From Octopus bimaculoides (lineage: Eukaryota), in NCBI RefSeq assembly GCF_001194135.2, contig NC_068985.1:54092022-54156021 (forward strand): a stretch of 64,000 nt of DNA, written 5' to 3'. The position numbers were made by a program, and so were the translations under genes. Positions 12,601-24,000 of this stretch are shown piece by piece. Below the pieces are notes generated by a model, which saw nothing but the letters and a program-made list of their open reading frames with translations, searched no databases and was not told the origin of the DNA. Each line of letters opens with the position of its first letter. Within the stretch, counting starts at the first letter, position 1.

Positions 12601-15181
12601 TGGCTGCTTTTGTATGTCGCCAGTGCTAATTAAGTCACCAAGCAGCTTGCAAGACAAGAACCTTTGATTGAGATGGAGGGAGGGTGTAGTATAGAGGGAG
12701 GTGAAATATACCAAGTGATAAGAAGCATTCTGTTGACACTCTGGTTATTTGGCCCAATCCCGTTCTTCTATGTATAAACTTCTGTTATTCTTTAAAACTC
12801 TCTTTTTAACTCCAGATCATTACATGTACAGTTGTGTGTGTGGGATTACAGGTGAAATAAACACCATATTTGCATGCAATAGAAAACCATAGTCATTACT
12901 CACTGCTACACTGATAGCCTTGAAAACCAACTCCCCACACAGGACTAGAACAAACCGTACAATCAGTCAGTTGGTAATAATGTTGAGGAACAAACTGATG
13001 GTTGCGGTATGCCTACAACGAAAAATAACAGAAACAAGTTAGTAACATAAAACTTGATTAATAAATGAATACTGTAAGATTAAAATGCTAACATCTCCTA
13101 ATCAATCATACTTTTGTATATCCTCTCTTTCAAAATCAGTAAACAGATATTTTCTGTAGTGTCAGTCATCATCATTTAACGTCTGCTTTCCATGCCAGCA
13201 TGGGTTAGATGGTTTGACTGGAACTGGTAAGCCAGAGAGCTGCTCTAGGTTCCAGTACTTAGTGGCCTTTTAAGGTGGGGGGAAAAAACCCAAAGAGAAT
13301 GGGAAAAGAATTTTTGTATTTGAATTGGTCAAGGTTTTAATTGAAAAACCAGATGTTGCTTTTTACTTTCTTCAGCAAAAATTATAACTGCATTTCCAGG
13401 TATTGTTCTTTTATGTTCATTACAGAATAGTTGTATGGATGTGATCAATATTTTTTTATTGAAATTCTAGATATTTTCAGAGTTCACTATATACTCACAC
13501 AGCAATTATATATATATATATACTTGGAAATATACATATATACATACATATACACACACACATATATATAAACACTCATACACACACACACACTCAAAGA
13601 TATCTATATATGTACATGTTCATATTTGTGCACACATACACACACCATACATACATAAGTACACATTATGAATTTTTTTTAATAATTAATTAATATTATT
13701 AAAGATTCATCTCTGTGGTTAAATAAATTTGGGAAGTTTTGGTCATTTTAGCCACTACTCTTGATTTTTGTCTGAGTATTTGTCCTTCAGACTGCAAAAA
13801 GGAATTTTAAAAAAAGCAATACATAATGCTGTCGCAATTATATTTCCAAATTCATTTATTTCTGGTTGGCTGTTTTGTTTTCAATATATTTTAAAGCTTC
13901 AACCAAGAATTTTCTAAAGGAAAGAGAGAGTCAAGTACAGAAGAGGGAAAGCAGCTGTTCTTATAGAATTTTGGAATCTGGAGTGTTTTGCAAGGTCCAA
14001 CAACAATGCGGTAAAAAGGTTTTAGCAATAGTTTGAGATCATCTTTAACATATATATATATATAATCAAATTCATATAGAAATCTCATTGGTGGAATTTC
14101 AAAAAAATATCTAGTTATGTTTCAAAACTTTGAATTTTCCTTCACATCTTTCCTTATTTCAAGTGCTTGATTTTGGTGCAAAGTGTAGCTCCATTGATTT
14201 TCGAAAGTTTGGTTCGTTCCTTGAGCATTTGTAGAAGGGGAAGATTTTGAATTTTCCTTCTCCACATATTTCCAAATGTTTGCTCAGTGGAATTTTCCAT
14301 AGCTCCTGTTGTCAGATGTGTTATCTGTGGAGCCTTGCGTGTTGGCAAGGAGAATTATTGATTTCACCAATATAATTCTCTTTGCATTTGGGGCAAGTAA
14401 TGCAGTATATGAGGTTTTGTGTCTTGCAGTTCATATTTGCATTTACTTTGAATAAGAATGCACTCTTAAATTTTATGTGGGTGTCACTGTCTCTATATAT
14501 ATATATATATATATATATGTAAATAAAAACAACCAGGCACCACGGAAAAATTCAATCATCACTGAGTGTATTTTAACTCTTATTTCTAGCAATGTAGGTG
14601 CTTCAGCGCCCTTAGTGACAATTGACTTTTTTCTTATATGTGTGTGTGTGTATGTATGTATGCATTTTAGGCTGGACATAATAACACTGGAACATATACT
14701 AGCTAAGTACAAGCAAAATATTTCAGTTAAGCAAAAATAATTTAAGAAACATAATAGAAAAAAAAAGAAAGCTTTTAATGACTATTATGAGCCCACCTCC
14801 ACCATCATCCCACAAACATACCATATTAATTTGCATATAATATGCACTCATCTTTAATGTGCTGCACTAATTATATCCCCTGAAATCCCAGAAATCAACT
14901 CTCCTGTTCAATATGTACTGTGTTTCTTTCTTAGTATAACGTCATATAGAAAATGAAGTGTCTAGTCAGATTAATTATAATTCCCATCTTCAAAACATTG
15001 AAAATCTTCATGTATATAGGTGCAGGCACGACTGTGTGGTTAAGAAGCTTGTTTTGTAACAATGTAGTTTCACATTCAGTTCCACAGTGGAGCACCTTGG
15101 GTAAGTGTCTTCTACTATAGCCTTGACCAGTGAGGTGAGTGAATTCGGGATAACAAGAACTGGGTGAAAGTTCATCAGATA

Positions 15182-15249
<68 letters not shown>

Positions 15250-16919
15250 GTGTGTGTGTGCGCGTCATTGTGTATGTCATGCACACACATATGCCCCACT
15301 TGACAGCTGGTGTTGGTTTAATTACACACCTGCAACTTAGTGGTTTGGCAATAGAATAAGTACTAGACTTTAAAGTAACTATTGGAGTCATTTTGTTTGA
15401 CTGAACCCTTCAAGGTGGCATGCCATCAAGGCCACAGTCCAATGACTGAAATAAGTAAAAGATGAAAGGTGTATAAGACATTCTTATATGAAAGCAGCAA
15501 GTTCAAAAGAGACCTTTGGACCTTACTCATTTGTGCTGTAAGAGTGTATCTCCTATAAAATCAACTGGTATGGAAAAATAATAAAAGATGTAATGCAGAA
15601 TATAAGCACTTTCATTTAACCCTTTAGCATTCAGATTATTGTGTCAAATCATCATCATCATCATTTAGCATCTGTTTTCCAAGCTGGCATGGGTTGGACA
15701 GTTTGACTGGAAACTGGTAAGCTGGGGAGCTGTATCAGGTTCCAATCTGATTTGGCATGGTTTCTACAGCTGAATGCCCTTCCTAACATCAACAACTCCA
15801 AGAGTGTAGTGGCATGGGGGCCAGTTACAAAACATCAGCACCAGCTATGATTGTGATTTCACTTGGTTTGAGAGGTTTTCTCAAGCACGGTATATTGCCA
15901 AATGTCTCGGTCATTTGTCCCTGCTCTCACGAGGCCTGTAATGCTTATTTATTCATATTGTTTTGAAATAATCACGTATTATATTGTACTTTAAAGATTT
16001 CAATGATGTGATTATTTTCAAAAAAGCATTGTAGGATAAGTGTGAGATGCCAGATTTGGCCAGTCTGAACATAAAACAGATAGAATATTACGGCTGGATA
16101 TTGCTGGTTTAAATGCTAAAGGATTAAATAATTTCATGTCAAAATACTTTTTAATCCACACCTCTAACAGTTAGGCCTGAAAATTTTAGGGGAAAATGCA
16201 TATAAATCACAAATAATTAGGGTGCTTATGTATATGCATACCTTTGTTTTTGATTTGGTCCCTGGGAGTTTAATTCCCTTTTCTTTCCGTTCTTTCATCA
16301 CAAAACTGTGAACCCGATCTAAAACAGAACTGTGATATGACAGTTTTGTAACACCAATATGACGAAGATATGTTGCAAGCGCCCAGCCAAGTGCTTGATC
16401 CCTTGCACACTTCGCTTTTTCTTCTCTGTAAAATCAATGAGAAAGAATGGAAATAAAAAAAAGGAATAGAAAAATACTTCTAAAAAATTTACAGACATTT
16501 AAATGACATTGAAGAAAAACAGTTACTGATGAAAAGGAATTAAATTTTGACTTCTATGAATGCTTCAATAACTGGTGATTGAAATCCCTTCTATTATATA
16601 TACATATATATCATCAACCACACACACTTAACATATACACACCATGTGTTTTGCTGGTAGGCTGTGATTTGGTGTGGTGGAGATTATTCTTTCAAAGTGC
16701 CAGGTGTAAGAACAACTGAAAGTCATAGACAAGCGAGACAACTCACCTGAAATCCCATTCAGGAGAGATGGACCTCGATGTTTCACCAGTTTTGTGGCTT
16801 ATCAATATCACATACCCAAACTAAATCAGAGATGAATCGTGCCACCACTCCATGACTTACATATATAAAGTATAAAAACTGTGCTGGTATGCCCCAACAA
16901 TGCATACACAAAATATACA

Positions 16920-16959
<40 letters not shown>

Positions 16960-17016
16960 GCACGCTCCAGCTTGGCCACAGCCTTAGGGCGGAAATGTAT
17001 AAAAGAAAAAAAAAGA

Positions 17017-17049
<33 letters not shown>

Positions 17050-20000
17050 GGAATCTTGTGACACGTCCAGGCCAGTGGAGCAAATGCTGTCTGTGATCTT
17101 ATCATACATTCAAGGCTCACTGACAACAGGTGGACTCGTGCAGTTACCAACTGGTAACCAAGGGATTGGAAGTGACCACTTGGAAGACCTCCTTGATGAT
17201 AGGAAGATGATACAGTAAAAGAATTTGGGTCCAAATAGAAGAAGAGGGCACAATCAAAGGAAGAATGGAAACACATTGACCAGTAATGTTTAAGGGTATC
17301 TGAAAGCCTGATGTCTGCCTGTCTGTCTCTATGTATGTATATATACTGGTGGTGATGGCCATTGGTTTTCTGATTGAACTAAGGAAACAGTATTTTCCAT
17401 TTTTTTTTTTTCAAATTGCTGATACTATCTGCAAGATATAACTCCAACTAGAAGTGTCATAATTTTTTTTTTTTTTTTGGTGATGGGGCAAGATATCTAC
17501 ACAGAATATACAGAGCTTGAAGAGATACAACTCATTTGAAGCTAATATTTTTGCAAAAACATTAGGAAGATATGAACTCCCTACAGGATGAAAGACAAAA
17601 TTGACCTTTGCAGTATTTGAATTCAGGGCACAAAGAATTGGAACAAACACCATAATGCATTCTAGCCAACACTCTAATGCCTCTGTCAATTTTCATATAT
17701 ATATGTGTGTGTGTGTGTGTGTGTATGCACACACATACATACAAATATAAATCTGAGAGCAGAATAACAGGAGGTTTAGTGTAGCTTTTTATTATAACCT
17801 CATAAATTTCATAATCTTTGCATGTGTTTCACAAGTAAATACTAGTATGTTGTGCAGTAGACAACTGTGTAATCACATAGTAACCCCATATCTTCAGAAG
17901 AAACTAGTAATTTAATCCATTGTTATTTACCAGCCTCAGTTGGTTGACAGTGCTATCACTACAACCCAGGCAATGACAAGTGTGATTGCTGCTGCATAGA
18001 TATTTAAATATCTAAATGCTGCATCGATATCTAGATAGCTCGTGTGGTAATCAACTTTCAAGTCATGATGTAGACATTCTGCCTAATTAAAAATTTTCAT
18101 AAAACTAAACCAAGAAATGTTACTTAGAAACAAATTGATTATTTAAAGAATAACACACATCAACATTATCTTTTCTCTATTTTGTTACTAATACTAAAGT
18201 ATTTTGACATTATGTTCCTCCCTAAATACTCAAGATGTCTGCAACATAAACACTTTTGTTACCATACTCCTGTTGAAATACACTGTCTTTGATTAAAATT
18301 ATTTTGAAAATAAAAAATTTTGTAAAATAACTTTTTGGAACATACATTAAAGTTGAATTTTAATAAGTTTAAATTTAGATCACTTTAAGGTAGGAAGTTG
18401 TCAGACTCATAGAAAGTTGGTTTTTTTTTTGTTTATCTTGGCACTATTATTTGGACAAGTCTAACAATTAATATCTGTTTAATTCACTTCAAACATTCCT
18501 TCGTTTAATTATATGTATTTAAAGTGGTGAACTGGCAGAATCACTAGCACATTAAGTGAAAATGCTTAGTGGCATTTCTTCCAACTCTTCACGTTCTGAA
18601 TTTAGATGATACCTTTCAGAGATGTCAAATACTGGGGTCAATGTAATTGATGAACCCCAAATCCTGAAATTGCTAGCCTTGTGCCAAACTTGGAAACAAT
18701 TATAGTTATTTTTTCAGAGCTCTTCCATATTGATTTTAAAGAACAACTCCAACAGTGATTACATTATTAGAGTGTCATGGATGAAAGGCTTTTGATAATA
18801 GGTCTACTCAGGCATAAGGGGAAAATCCACTAAGAGTTCCACAATCCATTTTAAGCATGTCTAGATCAGTGGTTTAAAGACGGTCCCCTTAAATGTTTTG
18901 CAGAAAAAAAAAACCCCACTAAATAATTTTAATCAAACAAAAGGTAGTACAGTGCAGTGGTTTGTTATCTAAATTTTCTTACATTATATCTGCATAGATT
19001 GGTAGTGCCCCTTAGATAAGATTTTTTACCGAAATTACTAAAGAAGTGGATGACTTCATCATCATTTCAACATCCACTTTTCCATACTTGCATGGGTCAG
19101 ATAGAGCAGATTTTCTACAGCTGAATACCCTTTCTATCATTAACCATCACCTGTCTCTAAGCAAAGTAATATTTTCTCATAACCAGACATGTTTTCGCAG
19201 AAAATTAATAACACTGCTGGTATGAAAGTGACTCATTTGCATCAGTTTATGCCATTATGTTTCATATTTGAAAGTTATTTTATGTAACACAAATTTCATA
19301 GATCTTTGCTACATTAATATGAATACTTACGTAAAACTTTCTAAATGTGGTACAAGATAATTCTCAATAATTTTCATTTCTTGAGATTTATCCATGTCAA
19401 GTTCAAGTTCATCAACACCATAAAAATTGCCAAGCCCTGAAGAAGAAAAAAGTGAGAATGAGAACTAAGGAGTGCAATGAGATAGAAAGTTTACATATAT
19501 GTGCTGCATTTTTTTATTCAGAAGTTGGAGACTGGCAGGAGGGAGTTATTTTCAAATTGGAAACCTGGCCTAAATGTTTAGAAAGCACCAAAAACCAAGT
19601 GGTGATGTTAAACTAGCACCTAGCCTCTGGATTAAACTACTGCCCAAGAATAGAAATGGGTTTCTACAGTTTCTGTTCATTAAATTTCCCTCAGAAGGCA
19701 TTGGGCAACCCAAGGTCATGGTAGCAGACAGTGGGTTTGAAACTGAGATCATGCAAAGCAATCTTCTCAATTACACAGCCACGCCTGTATCCATTCATGT
19801 GTAAAGAGATATAGTCACACCTGTCATCATTTAGGTCATAGTCACACCTGTAGCCATTTATGTAAGGAGACACATAACCACACCTGAACCCATTCATGTA
19901 TGGAGAGACAAAGCTAAGCTTGTAACAACTTACAAAAGGAGAGAGAGATAAATGCAATGCTAGTTTCAAGTGACACAGGTTTTACATGAAATATATAGTA

Positions 20001-20567
20001 AAGAAAATAAAGCGGAGTTATATTCATACTTAGTAACTCAAAGCATGTGGTCTAGGGCGTGGGGCTCAGAATCATGACAATGTAGGCTGGGTTCCTGCAC
20101 TGGGCAGTGGGGTGTGTTGTTGAGCAAAGCTCTTTATTTCATAATGCTTCAATCTACTCACCTGAAAATGAGTAACAGCTGAATGCTAGTGCAGCTCACT
20201 CCTCTCTCACTCCAAGAGGATGTCTATGTTTGCTTGCAACTACACACTTAAACCACTTAGCAAAAGTATAATCCACTCTGCCAGGTGGTTGGTGTTAGGA
20301 AGGGCATCCAGCTATAAAAACCCTGCTAAAACAAGCACAGAAGTCTGGAGCAGGCTCCTGCCTGGCTAACTCCTGTCAAACTGTCCGACCCATGCCAGTA
20401 TGGAAGGTGGACGTTGAATGATGATGATGATGGTACATGTTACCAAGTCATACTTGCTTGCAAAGTATGCTTATGGTTATTTTGAATACAGTTATTTTAC
20501 ATAATAGTTGATACATTATTATTAATATTATTTTAATATAACAATCACAAAATACAATTATCTCACC

Positions 20568-20606
<39 letters not shown>

Positions 20607-21024
20607 GTCGTTGTCGACTTACGACCTATCTGACTTAAAACCGATCGACTTTACGATGAGTGGCATTCCAGCTCCCGGCAGCAATAATAAATAGTGCAGT
20701 TGAAATCTAATGGGTTTAATTTTTTAACGTCAGCTAACAAGCGACATCAAAGACCCACAGCCAAGCACCAGTCTACAATACATTTTTATTTAAGTTTTGC
20801 AGCTGTTTCTTACACTACATTGTGTATTTCTTGTATTTGCATTCTTTGGTACTTTTCTATGAACAAATAACACTGTTGTAGTATAATACAGAATACTGTG
20901 TGTGACATTTACCTGAGAATGAAAAATGTAAAACAAAGCTATGTAGGCCTATAGTTCAACTTATGACCAAATCAACTTACAACCAACTGTCAGAACTAAT
21001 TGTGATCATAAGTCAATGACAACC

Positions 21025-21086
<62 letters not shown>

Positions 21087-24000
21087 NNNNNNNNNNNNNN
21101 NNNNNNNNNNNNNNNNNNNNNNNNNNNNNNNNNNNNNNNNNNNNNNNNNNNNNNNNNNNNNNNNNNNNNNNNNNNNNNNNNNNNNNNNNNNNNNNNNNNN
21201 NNNNNNNNATATGGGAGAATTTACAAAAAAAAACAACAGACGAAGACAGGTGGTGTAAACAACAAATGGATGTATTAGTATTACACTCAGGAATAGAAAA
21301 AGTCTTTAACGTTTCAAGCCTACGCTCTTCAACTGAAAGGAACACAGAAAGAAATAAGGAGAGAAACAAGGAGAAAAAAAATATAAATGTAGTGGTCAGC
21401 GATCTATATAAATGTGTGTGTGTGTATGTCAATATTCAATTGTGCTAAGTTCAATAATGCAAACATATTGTTTGAGGATATTTAATAGTCATATTTACAT
21501 ATGTTATTGGTTCAGTAAGTAATATCTACTGATATATGAGTAATTAGAAAAAATAATTTAGGATAGGTCTGCCATAATGTCAACTACACTGAGTCTACAT
21601 ATGTGTGAACATAGGTATGACTTTGTAGAAGAAGTTTACTTTGCAAATATGTGGTTCTGGAATTGATCCCATTGTTCTGTACCCTGGGCAAGTGTCTTTT
21701 TCAATAACCTCAGGTTCAGTCCCTTCAGAGAGGAATTTGGTAAATGGAAATAGTGAGGAAGCCTATTGCCCCCCACTCTCTCTCTCTCTCTGAGTATGGC
21801 CACATGGTTAAAATGCCTGCTTCAGAAACATGTGGCTTAAAGTTTGTTTCCACTGTATCCTTTTGATTGTTCTATTCCTATGGTCCAAACACTCTGTTTT
21901 ACAGTGATCTCAGTTAAAACTTCTATCAAAATTTCATGTTGATTTATGTTTCAAACACAGGCTTACTAAGGGCAAAGTTATCTTACTAAATTCTTCATTA
22001 TTTTCAAAATTCAAAAGCAGTGTATTTCAACAGAAATGTGTAACAAAAAGGTTAAGTGCTTTTTTTTTATTATATATATAACAAAAAACATTTATTCTTG
22101 AGAAAAGGAAGTGGTGTACAAGACCCATTAAAATGGAAGAAGTACTCACCTAACTTTTGTTTGTTCCTAAAGTCATTGAGCATCAAGTTTACAGCACCAC
22201 GAACATCATGTTTTGCATCATTGAATAAAGAGCGAAGACATTCCTCTTTGTCAGTTTTACTGATTAAAGTGTCATCAATTATTTTCACTAAATTCTCATC
22301 AATCGTTACTTTTAATGGCTGAAATATTAAATAGATATCGATATTTAATATTATAATTTCATTTTCTACATCAGATAGATCGTATAGATAACCAGTGTTT
22401 AATACTTTAGCATTTAAATCAGTCATGTCAAACCCAAATATTCTACCTGTTTTATGTTTAAACTGGCCAAATCCAGCCTTCCAAACCTACTCTACAATGT
22501 CATTCTAAAGCTAAACAATCATATCATTGTAATCCCGAAGCTAAAAGATAATGCAAGATAATATCATTTCTGCCCACAGTAGTGTGAAATTTTCAACAGC
22601 ATATGGTGTTTTTCAGTATCTGAAGTGAAGATTTTTCTTCTTTTGCAATTACTGATATGGCTGCAGAAAATAGCAATGCTGACTTGGAAAGATTTACAGC
22701 TGAAGATTTACAAAATGTTGAAGAAATGAATAATAATAATAATAATTGATAAAAAACAGATAAATAAATAAAAAAAAAACAGTAACTTATCTTCAGATGA
22801 ATCAGACAAAGAAGATGATTCCCAATTTTCATCCCCCCAAAATTTTCAGAATGTCATTCAGAATATTACAACACAGTCAAATACTGATACATATCCGTAT
22901 TTTTTTTTTTTATTGAAAATGTGTAATTGTAAACCATTGGGTATTTAAGTACCTACTGAGAAAATTTCAGGTCTCTATGCAAAAAGTCAACAAAGTTAGA
23001 AATAAATTTTGTTAATACTCCTCAAGGAGCATGATTAATTCAAAACAATGTGAATGAATATAAGCATTACATTTGACAGATTAATCTAAATTTATGTAGC
23101 ATGTCAGGAAACCTATTTTAGTTGTCACATCATAGGCATTCTCCAGCCAATCAGGGATGGGCGCATATGAATACAAGAGGCAGTTTTCTGCCCATGAAGT
23201 GAAGCATACATTTTAATCAGTTAGTGGAAAGATGGAGGACCAACAACAGCAGGAACAACTCCTTGCTTTTCACACCAACTTTGCGTCACTAGCTCTAAAT
23301 TTTTAGCTGCTTTCAACTTGCTACATCACGAACAGCCTATTTCATTGATGCCCACTACGCTCCACGAAATTCTGGATGACATCAGCCACAACTCTGCCTC
23401 ATAATGAACAGTATATTTTTGTTTAAGCTACCTCCATTTTGGTTAGCTTATAATGACTTCCAACTGAATCTATTTTTGAAACATAAGTTATAATGCTTTC
23501 CCTAACTTATGCACACACCCAGGCTACACTCTTATTACTTGTTAGCTCTTGCGATAATTTAATAAATTAAATTACTCATTTAAAAACTGCCTTCTGATAT
23601 TCCATTATACATGCTTCTCAAAAGCTTGCTCACAGGACTTTTCCACGAACACTTTCATACTATAAGTTAGTGACCACACTCACTAAATTCAAAAGGTTTA
23701 AAAGGCAGATTTGATAATAACAAAGTCTAAAGGGTGGTGGGGGACAAGCACAAGCACAATGGGCTTCTTTTAGTTTTCATGTACCAAGTCTACTCATAAG
23801 GCTTTGGTCAGCCCAAGGCTATAGTAGAAGACTTATTTTAAGAATATAAAGAAAGATAATTTTTTTTTTATCTTTTAGTTACAAGACAAGATAGTGTCCT
23901 GACCCTTTACAGGGAGACTGGCAGGTGGAAGGTATTCTAAAAATCAGGGAGCTTTCTTGAATGACTTGTAACAAACTGAACTCCTCTTAAAGATAACCAA

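Noticed and set aside
13735-13795. CTGAAGG...AAAA-TGACC as a hammerhead next to the Penelope remnant
   Set aside because: Both core segments deviate and no clear stems form.
19790-19910. Degenerate repeats of atagtcacacctg
   Set aside because: Short, decayed local duplications beside a SINE end; no further structure seen.
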